DNA of 64,000 nt from a virus (lineage: Duplodnaviria > Caudoviricetes), in the IMG/VR virus record IMGVR_UViG_3300035499_000522, positions 64,001 to 128,000 of that record, one strand, 5' to 3'. The translations under genes were made by a program, and so were the position numbers. The notes under the pieces are model-generated. The model saw nothing but the letters and a program-made list of their open reading frames with translations, made no database searches and had not been told where the DNA came from. Positions 49,028 to 59,725 of the stretch are shown here, in pieces. Position 1 is the stretch's first letter. The number at the start of each line of letters is the position of its first letter.

Positions 49028-50236
49028 ACGCGTGCCGGCCATAGTCTAGGCTAGGGAAATCTATTGCTCCCTAGTTAAATCTTCCCACTTGCCGCCAATT
49101 TCTTCAATAACTTCGCCCATATCACGAAGTTTTCCATTTGCGTCAAGAACATTGAAGCCCATTTCAGCCATTGCCCCAGAATAATTACCAAGCGAGACTC
49201 CATCTTCATCTATTCCAGCCTCAATATCCGTCATTCTAGCATAAATCGTCTTCAAGGCTGTACCTACGGATTCTGGAGCCTATCTTGTTACAGAAATAAT
49301 GGTAGATAATTGAGCAGCAAGCTAATCTTCTCCAACACCCATAGCCGCAGCAGATGAAGCTACCTTTGACATACCAGTAGAAAGTTCTTCCAAGTCTGAT
49401 GCGGTAGATGCAGCAACAGCCGCCAATCTATCTACATAAAGTTCTGCTTCTTCTGCACTTGCCTAATAACCATTCCATACAGCTGTTAATTGTTCAGATA
49501 CTTCTGATGTAGACTAGCCAGTAACATTTGCCGCTTTAAGCGTTACATCAGTTCTGGCTTGTACTTCCTCATCTCCTAAACCCTATTGATAAAAGATAAG
49601 TGAAGCATTGGTATAATCAGTAGTACTCTAGCCTAAAGCTTTAGCCGCCTTATTAGCCTTTTCCGCAAACTTATCCATTTCATCAGCAGAATATCCAGTT
49701 ACAATACGAATATCATTCAATGAAGAATCTAAGTTTTTTACATAACCATAAGCTTCCTATACAGAGCCTACTAATTGATTAATAACGCTTGAAGATATAT
49801 TCCACTTAATAGTATTTTTTAAAGTTGTTCCTATATCAGATAAAACACTTGAAGTTTCTTTTAATTGCAAATTACTATTTAATACAGTATTAGCAATTCC
49901 TCTAAAAGCGTTCTCACCTTGTACTCCTGCCTAAGAGAACTATGTATATACTGTTTTTAAATCTAAATTAGATTCCTAAAGTTTTGTATTAAAAGTCTAT
50001 AAATTTACAGTTCCTAATTTTTGATTAAAAGCAGACTATAAAGCAATTTCAACTGCACCAGCAGTTGTTTTAATCTAACTTAATTGTTTAGCCGCTTGTG
50101 AAATACTTGTATTGTTAATTTTAACTAAATCTTCTTTTGACATTGCATAAATATTCTATAAAGATTTAGTTAATTCATTTAATCCTGATTTATCGACGGT
50201 ATAGCCTATTTCAAAATTTATTTTGTTACTAGCCAT
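49028..50236 (-). CDS. tape measure protein, exon 1 (TP901-type tape measure domain)
   Basis: 'LDSSLNDIRIVTG', 'YVDRLAAVAASTASDLEELSTGM', 'ESVGTALKTIYARM'. Confidence 0.85.
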
Positions 50237-50324
50237 ATCTTCCTTTTACCTCCTTATAAAAAATAAAAGCCTTTACTATTTTTAAATGATAGTAAAGGCT
50301 TAGTTTTTAATTTAATTTGCCCTT

Positions 50325-50879
50325 TTAGTCAACAGGCTAATTAGTCTTTATATCCCTGTTTCCATTTGCGGCTTGGGCAAATTGAATAACATTTTGATAT
50401 TTATCCTTATCAAAAGTGTCAATAATATCTTGTGCGGCAGCAGCTGATTTAGGGAGGTCACTAATAACTTTAGCGGCAACCGCACCAATTGATTTGTTAT
50501 ATTCAAACTCTTGCTGAATAGTTTCATTAATATAATCGTAAAGATTATTATATTCATCTTGCGGAATTGTTTCAATAAGTTTACCAATAAAACCTGAACT
50601 CTACAAAGCATCATAGAGTTTGGCTTCGTCTTCCCGCTGTTTATCTGTAAATTTCAAATTAGTATACATATAAACAAGATGTAAATGGAAATACATATCA
50701 ATTTTAAGAGGATTATAGTATCCATTTTCTTTAGATTTCTAAAGAGTAACCATTAAAAGGTCATATTTATCATTTATTGGTAAATAATTCAATACTTCAA
50801 TTTCTGTATCATTAAAATTAAAAGTATTAATACTATTATCCTTTTTTAATTTTAAATTAGTATAACTAATTGTACTCAT
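50325..50879 (-). CDS. probable tail assembly chaperone
   Basis: AAGGAG RBS; 184 aa with TAG=Q; immediately upstream of the tape measure. Confidence 0.55.
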
Positions 50880-50921
50880 ATTTTTCTCCTTTTATTTCAA
50901 TATCTTTTTTCTATTACTATA

Positions 50922-50950
50922 AGTATAACATAAAAATTTTTATTTGTCAA
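50922..50950 (-). promoter_or_regulatory. sigmaA-type promoter inside the structural arm
   Basis: TTGACA-17-TATACT with TG. Confidence 0.7.
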
Positions 50951-50951
50951 G

Positions 50952-52040
50952 TTATTGAATTACATTTAAACCTAATTTTTTTATATTTTTATTTATATTA
51001 GAAATAGCTATTTCTTCTGCTTTTTTGTCTATATTATTATTAAAACTTTCTCGATTAGTTACATAAATATCTGTTAAAGCTTTAATCATTTCATTTTCAT
51101 TTTTTTTATCCAAAGCTTCATTAACTGCTTTTAATGTAGTAGCTATTGATGATATCTATATTAAATTAGCACTTGAGTTATATACTGCTTTTAATTGTTC
51201 GGTTCCTATATCACCAATTTGCCATCCCTTATCGCCATTTCTTAAAGATTCTTTAATTAAGGCTTCTGCAAGTGATTCAGTATTATAATTATTGCTATTG
51301 CCTATATAATTTATAGTTTTATATTTATCTATTGTTCTAAGAACTTTGTATGCTTCAAATGCATGACCTAAATTTCCTATATTTATTTTTTTTTGATGGT
51401 TGACTAAAGAATCCCATAAATTTGGTTTATCTAAAGATGTTATAATTTTATTAAGTTCATTTTCATTTTTTTCTAATTTATTTATTAATTTATTTATTGC
51501 TGTATTACTTAAAGATAAAGACATCTAATTAGACAACTTAGTTTCTTCATTAACAATTTTATAATCAGACAAAGTTAATGATATTGCTGGAAATAACTAT
51601 TGTAAAGTTAAATGTGCTTCTAGTAATTCTTCTTTGGATTGATATAAAATAGTATAAGTGATTTCCTAATCAGTTAAAATTTCTCTTATATAATGTAATA
51701 ATTTATATCCTTTAATAAAATATTGTGTTATTTCATTTATATCTTTTAAATTTTTAATATGCTTTTTTTGAGATACATATTTTTTTATAATTTTATTTAA
51801 ACCTGCATAACTTAAATCTTTTTCACCTTTATTGCTAGATATTGCTAAAGATTTTTTTTCTTCTAATGTAAAATTATTATATATAGTTATTAATTTTTTA
51901 TCAAATCTTTCTTTAGTTTTTAACCATTGAGAGATACTTTTTTGTATAGACACAATTGTATCATCATTAAAAACTATTTCTTTAGTTTTATCTTCAAATT
52001 TTTCTATAAATTCTTTTAAATAATCATACTAAGCTGCCAT
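50952..52040 (-). CDS. very AT-rich hypothetical protein (362 aa)
   Basis: Fragments 51156.. and 51666.. join by TAG readthrough; GGGGTGA RBS. Confidence 0.6.
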
Positions 52041-52065
52041 AATAAATCACCCCCAAAAAGATATA

Positions 52066-52097
52066 AAAAAAAGAGGATATATAAAATATCCTCTTTA
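52066..52097 (-). terminator. intrinsic terminator after the major tail gene
   Basis: AAAGAGGATAT-ATAAA-ATATCCTCTTT with an A-run on +. Confidence 0.65.
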
Positions 52098-52131
52098 TTT
52101 ATATTAATCAATTAAGATTAAAATTTAATTA

Positions 52132-52914
52132 TTAGTCGCCCTCTTCAGCACCAGTTAAGTAACTATCCTGATACTGATTATCCTTTATAGTAGAATCTCC
52201 TGCGAGTTCCTCATCAGTATAAGGCTTGAACTCTTCCTTAGGGTCAGAAGTATGTGTCATAACTGACTTGATTTCCTCTGTTGCAGAAGTACTATCCTCA
52301 ACAATCTGGATTACACAAAGAACCTTCTTAGTGCTATCAAAATAAGTGTAGCCGGGGAATGCGTCCATTGTGAAAGAGAATGTTGAAGGGTCGCCAGTTG
52401 AAGCCATTGTAAATGTAAAGTTAGACTGAATCTTTACGTTAGGGAATGTAATTTCAGCAGGCATATCAACACCTGTATCCTAACGTCTAAATAATGTACT
52501 AGCTTCTACATAGTAATAACCAGCGAAGTTCTCGGCATCAATCTGAAGTTCAGAAATAACATTACCGCCCTTGACTACATAATAGTCTACTAATACAGAA
52601 GTCTGAGATGTAATTTCTTTAGCCTGAAGACTCTTCTTGTCCTCGCCAATAGCTACTTCAATAACCTCACCTGTAACAGAGCCGTCTACCTCAGTCTTTA
52701 CAACAAAGATAGGAGCATCTTCACAAATTGTATCACTACCAAGAGCATCAGCTAAATCAATCTTACCAGAAGCGTCTGCAATAGTAGCAGTAGTTGTATG
52801 AACGTGTACTTTTTCTGTATTATCTTTACCCTTAATTAAACCTGCACCAGAAAGAATAGAGAAGCCAATAGGAGAGAGCAAAGCATCCTCAACCGTGAAT
52901 GTTAAAGTTTTTTC
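52132..52914 (-). CDS. major tail (tube) protein, exon 2 (one TAG)
   Basis: 'KTLTFTVEDALLSP', 'LFRR(Q)DTGVDMPAEITFP', 'FTMASTGDPSTFSFTMD'. Confidence 0.75.
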
Positions 52915-53995
52915 CATTTTTATTCTATATAGTTCGCTACGCTATATACGTTCTTTTAAGAACTGCTACACCTTTATATATACGTGTAGATTAGACTATA
53001 TCATCATCCTGCTCAATGCAGGAGCTTAGTGCTTCCATTGCCAAACGCTTGCAATGTACTCCCTTGCGGGATAGTCGTTGAACCTTTTTATTTTTTAAAC
53101 CTATCTTGTCTTTGAGTATTTTCGCTTTGAGTAATTTTCTATAAATTATCTAATTTATTATTTTTAGGATTATTATCAATATGGTCAATAACATATCCTT
53201 CTAAATCATAATCATTATGAAAAATACAATACACCAATCTATGAATATAATAATGTTTACTTTTGTTTGGGTAAAATGCTATTCTTTGATATTTTTGATT
53301 TTCATCTAAATACAAAAGTCTATTAGTCTTATTATTTTTAATTCTACCCATATTAGATATAGAATAATTTGCGTTAAATGGAATTTCTAGCCATTCTTCG
53401 CCATCTAAATCTTTTATATGGTATCTTGGCGGTCTTACTGCTTTATTTTGATTTTTTGATTGGTGTTCTTTTGAATTATCCTTGGCGGAAATCCATTCAA
53501 GATTATTTACATTATTATTTAATTTATTTTCGTCTTTATGATGTACATAAGGTAAATTATTAGGATTAGGAATAAAATATTCTGCTACTAATCTATGAGC
53601 ATATATCATTTTACTTAGCTTTTTATTAGAAGTGGATGATAGTCTATCTCCTAAAGCTAAAGCATATACCTAATATCCTACATTATCTACTTTACCAGAT
53701 AAAAACCTATTTGCTTTTTTACTATATAAGCGTCCATCTGAATAAATTAAATAATCATTATCTTCTTTTAAAGGTTTAAAATCTAAACTCGGCTGCTGAA
53801 CTTCTTCCATATTTATTTCTCCTTTATTTAAATTAAATATAAAAGACTTAACAGCAATTCACTAAGTATTTCTAAAAGATGTTACCATCTTTGGAAGGGC
53901 AAAAAATCTTTCATATTTTACTTATCATAACATAAAATAAGTAAAATGTCAATTTTTCCCTAAACGTACCTGCCTTAAGCGCAGACTAGGGCCGT
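52915..53995 (-). mobile_element. group I intron in the major tail gene (boundaries +/-1 nt, non-canonical 5' splice site)
   Basis: P3 CTTAGTG/CACTAAG, P4 TTGCTG/CAGCAG, P7 'TTCAACGACTAT'...'GATATAGTC', terminal G; internal guide matches the ligated exons. Confidence 0.8.
53088..53810 (-). CDS. intron-encoded HNH homing endonuclease (two HNH units; 2 TAG)
   Basis: 'HRLVAEYF..VHHKDENKLNNNVNNLEW' and 'HRLVYCIF..IDHIDNNPKNNKLDNL(Q)'; AAGGAG RBS. Confidence 0.85.
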
Positions 53996-54193
53996 CCCTT
54001 CCCAAGCTATAAGACGCGTATTACCACGACCACCTTGTGCATACACTGTGGTTGCTGCGCCTTCAATGGTGGAAGTTTTTGCTGTATCAATATAAAGGAC
54101 AGGCTGTCCTTTTCTAAAAAGCGTACTACCAATCTTTACATCAGACTTGGCTTTGAATACTACGTCGCATATTTCACGTACACCAAAACGCAT
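53996..54193 (-). CDS. major tail (tube) protein, exon 1
   Basis: AAGGAGG RBS; MRFGVREICDVVFK...AQGGRGNTRLIAWEG. Confidence 0.75.
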
Positions 54194-54226
54194 AGTTTTG
54201 TTTCCTCCTTAAAAATTATATTAGAT

Positions 54227-54973
54227 TTATGAATGAATGTCTCCCATCCAATCATCTATATCTTTTAAATCTTTTGCTCCAGCTAATTTAGCCCTCATAT
54301 ATAAATCATAATTTAAATATAAAGTAAATCGCTGAAATTCATCAAACAATTGATAAACTGTATACTAAGAAAAACTATTTATATCTTTCTACTCACCAAC
54401 AGCCAAAATTGAAATATATCTACTAATAATATTAACTTCTTTACTTTCATTTTTAATCTAAGCTACTTTTTCCTATCCCTTTTTTAGTTTATCAGCAATT
54501 TTTTTTGCTAATGCCGACTAAGGGTTATATTCTGGATTATCTTTATTTTTCTAATTTAAACAAAACATTTCAATTATGATTTGCTTAAATATTTCAAAAT
54601 TATTATTATTAATCTATCCTACTTCTTGTTCATCTTGTTTAAATATGATTGCTGTAGGTGTTAAAGAAAATGAATAGTTTGGAAATATTAATGTCAAAAG
54701 CATTAATACATTATTACAAGTTTTTCTCATATTAATATCATCATTATTTATCATTATTGACATTAATATTTCAAAATTTGTCCTATCAGCTAAATTAAAA
54801 TTGTCCTATTCACTTAAAATCCGCTCTTTGTTAAAATTTAATAGATTACATCCTGTATAAAAGCTTTCTTCTCCTATATATGAAATTTCTTTCAAAGTAG
54901 GCTAATGTATTGTTAATGTAGCTTCTACAAAAGGAATATCAGCTTTAGTTATTAACTATAAATAACTAACCAT
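54227..54973 (-). CDS. virion morphogenesis/tail assembly protein (many TAG)
   Basis: 248 aa open with TAG=Q; 'H(Q)PTLKEISYIGE', 'TVYQLFDEFQRF'. Confidence 0.55.
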
Positions 54974-54975
54974 TA

Positions 54976-55554
54976 TTAATCTGCGGCGGGTATGGAGTCA
55001 TCAGAACCATGAACCGCACGGTACATCAAAGTATAACCAGAAAGAGTTTCATCTAAAATAAGTTCATTACATCCTAAATAATTAAGAGTACCTATTCCAG
55101 ATAATCGTGTATTATTTAATATTCCATCTATGTAGCCGCATATCTTTAGCGGACGTAATCTATAATTTCCTATATCCCAATAGTCTGTATGGCAAAGTAC
55201 ATCAAAACTAATAGTGCAATCTCTAAATTCTGTATTATTAGTCTACGTAAAATTATCATATGAAATTAAAATATAGGATTTAACTTCTTCGTGTTCAGGA
55301 AATCTCAGTTTAGGTTCTAACTTAATATAGCCTTCTTCTCTTAATTTAGCAATACTCATATCCTTTAGAATATCCTTATACTAAGGGTCATCTAAATTAT
55401 CTAAGCAATCTTTTGTATTAATTACTAATAACCTCTTTAACTCATCGCTGTAAGGTCTACTTTCTATAAATAACTTTCTGAGTATTGTTTCTGTGTCTTT
55501 TTCACACTAAAGAAAAGAAGATTTAAGTTCAAATCTCATTAAATCTCTTTTCAT
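54976..55554 (-). CDS. probable tail terminator/neck protein
   Basis: AAGGAG RBS; 'ISFDVLCH', 'RPLKICGYIDGILN..LSGIGTL'; position in the module. Confidence 0.55.
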
Positions 55555-55574
55555 TTATATTCTCCTTTTATCTC

Positions 55575-56561
55575 TTAAATGGATTCAATAACAATAGGTA
55601 AGATGATAGAATCTTCCTCATTCTCCATTTTATATGTTAAATTAAATTTACCGCTTTTACCAGTAGCAATTTCAATAACAACCTCATTATCAGTTTGGCT
55701 TAAAATGATAACTTTTTTACTATCAACTTGCCATTTTCCGCCAGTAATATTTTTAACCTAATAATTTATTGTATCATATGGTTTTACTTTAGTTGCCCCA
55801 ATAATTTGCGGCAATTCTTTATCTATAACTTCTGGCTTCTAAGATTCTAATTCTTTCTTTATTTGCTCTTGTTCTATTGTATTTTTATATGTTTCAGCTA
55901 ATTGAACTTCAATAATTCCATCTCCGCTCTCATCATCAACTGCAACAATTTCCCAAGGCTCATTATCAATAAAGATTTTCTAAAATCTATGAAAATAATT
56001 TAAAGTTTCTTCATTCTTGGTTATGTATATAATAGCTGAATAATTAGGCGAACTCCAAGTAATATTAGATTTCTATCCCCATACCTCAGTAGTTTCAACA
56101 GGTCCACGATAATAAACTTTATAATTATGGCCATTAATCTCTACTTCTTTATCGCAGCACCTAATCTCCGCTCTAAAATAAGCTTTTTCTTTTTTGTACC
56201 AAAGATATACAATCCAATAGGTTTCACTCTAAGTATCATAAAAAGTTGAACCGGGGGCAATTAGAGTTTTTACCTAGCCCTAAGAAGCTTTACCAGTCTT
56301 CGCCGCATTAAGCTATATATCTTCATATGGAATTGAAATAATCTAATTATCATAATCAGCTTTTGTTTTATCTGGATTAATTAAACACCTAAATTCTCTA
56401 TTATATTCTCCTGTTTCATCTTGAAGTAAAATCGTAGTTGCTTGATATGAATAAAGCAAAGCTTTTTTTAAAGAACTAAGTTTATCATAATTCATTCTAT
56501 CTGTTTGGATAGCACCACCACGAAATTCTAATCTCTTAGTTAAGTTGTCTAATCCTGACAT
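55575..56561 (-). CDS. probable head-closure/neck protein
   Basis: Extends fragment 56343..56561 by readthrough to TAA at 55575. Confidence 0.55.
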
Positions 56562-56869
56562 ACTATCACCAACTTATTAATTAAAGATAAACATTCAAAT
56601 ATTGTTCTTCTATACAAAAGAAAATCAGAATCTTGAGTTAAAAGAAATAATCCTTCTAACTTGCAAATAAGCGGCAACATGGTATCTTGCTGCTTATGCA
56701 TTAATCTATTTATTCCACTTAATTCTTCTATAATAGTTTCAAGCGGTTTTTCCCAATCTTTATTTTCTTCTCTACAAGGAAGTAATTTATATATTTGATT
56801 AGTTATCTTCATTAATTCTTTTTCAATAACTGAATTATCTATTTCAAAATTATATTTTAATATCATCAC
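56549..56869 (-). CDS. hypothetical protein of the head-tail region
   Basis: Intact ORF with GTGA overlap. Confidence 0.55.
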   Translation of the reverse strand: MMILKYNFEIDNSVIEKELMKITNQIYKLLPCREENKDWEKPLETIIEELSGINRLMHKQQDTMLPLICKLEGLFLLTQDSDFLLYRRTIFECLSLINKLVIVCQD

Positions 56870-57420
56870 TCATCCCCCTCATAGACTTCCATAATCTAAT
56901 TCATGGTTGAGCGAATTTTTCCATTTTCATCAATTTTTCTACGCTTATATAACCTCTGTAAATGAAAACCTTCTCGTTCATAGTCTTTCTTAACCTAGAG
57001 TAGTTTCTGCATATGGTTGGCCTAGCTTGTGAATTTAAAATCCGAACCACTATATTTCATTCGTGTATTCTCTATGCTAGCTAACTGCTATCCTAACCAC
57101 TCTACAATCATATAAGTAGAAAGTATATTTATTTCTTCAAAAGTTAAATTACTATTAAAAAAGCCCCCATCAAATAGGAAGGCTTTTACTAATTTATTAT
57201 CACTTTCAATACCTTGATAGTATTGTTCATCTTCAATGTATTCTGTTTCATACTATGAAAGGTCTATTCTTGGAAATTCAAATTTAGGAATTGACGTAAT
57301 CAAAAGTTCCTCTAACATTTCATACGTATCAAGTTCTGTCAATTCTAAATATAAATCATCTGTAACTTTTGAAAGAAAAGAATCATATACTTTTGAGAAA
57401 GGAGTTACTATTTCTGACAT
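56866..57420 (-). CDS. probable head-tail adaptor
   Basis: AGGAGG RBS; 'TPFSKVYDSFLSKVTDD', 'SDFKFTS(Q)ANHM'. Confidence 0.55.
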
Positions 57421-57440
57421 AATAATTCCTCCTATCTATA

Positions 57441-58022
57441 TTATTCTTTTATAGATGTTACATTATATGTTGGCGGCGTTGCTCTACGAGTGCTTGTAGT
57501 CTCGGTTTTAGGTGCTGCCGCACGACGAGTATGAGTTTCCTCTTTTTCTGTTTCCGCATCCGAATCACCATCATACTTAGTATTAGCAATTTCAATTGCT
57601 CTTGTTACATCAAAATTGAGTTTATTTTTAATAGCTTCTCTTTTTGACATATTATCAAGCGGCAATGAAACAGCTAAATTCTTTACTAATTCCAATACAC
57701 CATCTGGTGCAAAATCAAGACAATCAAGAAATTCATCTAAAGTACCTGTTAAAAGTAATTTCTTAATATCTTCCTCTGTATAATAATATTCAGGTTCTAC
57801 ACCGGGTAGTAATTCTTTTACCGCATCAGAATTAGTAATAACAAGATATTCTTTAAGAATCCTCATTCCGCCCGGAACATACGATAATCTTTCCAACTCT
57901 TCAAATGTAATATCTTTTGGTTCTCTTGGTCTAAATTGTCTACGAATACCCATCTCTGGAATTTTATATCCAACTACACCAGAACGTCTATTTACGACTC
58001 TAATTAAAGTATTTTTATCCAT
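57441..58022 (-). CDS. conserved hypothetical protein downstream of the capsid gene
   Basis: Intact 193-aa ORF with AAGGAG RBS. Confidence 0.65.
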   Translation of the reverse strand: MDKNTLIRVVNRRSGVVGYKIPEMGIRRQFRPREPKDITFEELERLSYVPGGMRILKEYLVITNSDAVKELLPGVEPEYYYTEEDIKKLLLTGTLDEFLDCLDFAPDGVLELVKNLAVSLPLDNMSKREAIKNKLNFDVTRAIEIANTKYDGDSDAETEKEETHTRRAAAPKTETTSTRRATPPTYNVTSIKE

Positions 58023-58103
58023 ATTTTATTTTATCTCCTTGTATCTCCTTAAAAAAAATAGGGAGAATTAAATCTCCCTATTAAATTTTTAAATCTATAT
58101 TAA

Positions 58104-59159
58104 TTAGTCAATTGGACTTGTTGAAGTATTGTCCATAGTAAGACTTGTATTTTCATATACACAGATGCCGGGATTAACAAGATAAGTTGCTACGCCGACC
58201 TTCTGATATGTCTGAATCTCAGTAGACCAATCACGGTTGTCAAATGACTTAACCTGTGCACTACCCTCAAATGCTACCTTTACAGGTTTTTCAGAGCCAG
58301 TAGGAATAATATAAGCAATTGAAGGGTCAATTACCTTCTTAGCATTGGTTTCATCTTCAAAAGACTGAGGAAGGATAATTACGTTATGTCCCTTATAACT
58401 AGAAAAATAACCATTAGTCCAAACAGTCTGCTTCATAGAATCAGAAGCCCAAGCTACATCAGGAAGCATAGTTGCCGCAAATTCAAAAGTACAATAAATA
58501 GTAGACTTGCCATAAGCATCAGCTGTTGCAAGAAGTCTATCCATTTCTACTTCATCAAAACCTGTCTGAGAAGTTGTATTTACAGGCTTAATATTCTTAA
58601 CGGTTTCCTGAAGTGACTTAGCAATCTCACGATAGATTGTTTCATCAAGACCTTCAAGTACAAGACTATAATAGTCATTCATGGTAAAGCGATTGTCAAG
58701 AAGCTCTTCCCACTCAACTCTAGCAGCTCCGCCGTATGCACTTGTAGGAACTTCGAGAGTATAACCATCAAGCTTGAAAGTTTCATATCTACCTGCAAGA
58801 CCTACTTTAGTAATAAACTGCTTAGCACGCTTCTTAGAAGCTTCACTAATATTTACCTTAAATACAGGTTTTGTACCCTGTGCATAAGTCTTAACATCAG
58901 CAAACTGTCCATAATTCTGGAGAACCTTAACAGGAAGTACTTCTGTAAGACCAACTTCCATAAGTGTATAAATCAAGTTTGCATTTTCTCTAAAAAGCTG
59001 CGGGGTTTTACCCAATTCATTTAATTCTTTAATATAAGTTTTATTCAATGCTTCTGCAGAAAGCTTCTCACCACCAAAAGAATAAGAAGTACTAGGATTC
59101 AAAGATGCCTTCGCATTAGCTCTTGCTAATTCAATTAAATCTTGTTTGCTAAGTGCCAT
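58104..59159 (-). CDS. major capsid protein (no TAG)
   Basis: 351 aa; AAGGAGG RBS; follows the protease/scaffold and a capsid accessory gene; followed by a hairpin at ~58060-58082. Confidence 0.75.
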   Translation of the reverse strand: MALSKQDLIELARANAKASLNPSTSYSFGGEKLSAEALNKTYIKELNELGKTPQLFRENANLIYTLMEVGLTEVLPVKVLQNYGQFADVKTYAQGTKPVFKVNISEASKKRAKQFITKVGLAGRYETFKLDGYTLEVPTSAYGGAARVEWEELLDNRFTMNDYYSLVLEGLDETIYREIAKSLQETVKNIKPVNTTSQTGFDEVEMDRLLATADAYGKSTIYCTFEFAATMLPDVAWASDSMKQTVWTNGYFSSYKGHNVIILPQSFEDETNAKKVIDPSIAYIIPTGSEKPVKVAFEGSAQVKSFDNRDWSTEIQTYQKVGVATYLVNPGICVYENTSLTMDNTSTSPID

Positions 59160-59180
59160 AATATATCTTTTCCTCCTTTA

Positions 59181-59711
59181 TTACTTAACTCTTTGAAGCT
59201 TAACACCGGGCTGACCGTCAGGCATTGTATAAACTTTTGCTACTTGGAATACGGGAGCATCATCATCTGCTGTGCCCTTCTTAAGATAACCTGTTGCGGA
59301 ATCTACGCTAACAAAATCCTTTTCCTCAAGTGCAATACCATCAACCTTAGCTTCATCGCTTGTGTTAGCACCAAATGTATTGGTTGTAAAAATATCTCCA
59401 ACAGGAACTCTGATAAGACGAGGAACAATCTCTCCATCAATATAATCCTTAGCCTGCATTGCGAAATATCTCTGAGACTGTTTTCTCTCATCATAAAGTT
59501 TTGTTTCATTATATACGAGCAACCACTCGCCTGCGCCAGTAAGATTTACCTTACCATTTGCGTAATCATATTTTGCAAATCTGCCTTGCTCAAGTACATC
59601 ACCCATTGTCTTTGTATCGAGGGGGAGCTGGTCCCACATCTGACCAGTAACAATACCAGATAACTGGTTGGGCTCTACTTGACCAAAGCCTATTCTATTA
59701 ATCTAAGCCAT
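59181..59711 (-). CDS. capsid-associated (decoration/cement-like) protein, single TAG at codon 3
   Basis: GGAGG RBS; ATG GCT TAG ATT..GFGQVEPNQL is in frame with track ORF 59181..59639. Confidence 0.65.
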
Positions 59712-59725
59712 AGTATCCTCCTATA

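Noticed and set aside
50237-50879. Programmed frameshift in the tail chaperone (lambda G/GT type)
   Set aside because: No second overlapping ORF lies between the chaperone and the tape measure start.
53966-53998. Translational bypass between AGGGACG and AGGTACG in the tail gene
   Set aside because: The internal guide pairs far better with the first site, and nothing else supports ribosome hopping.
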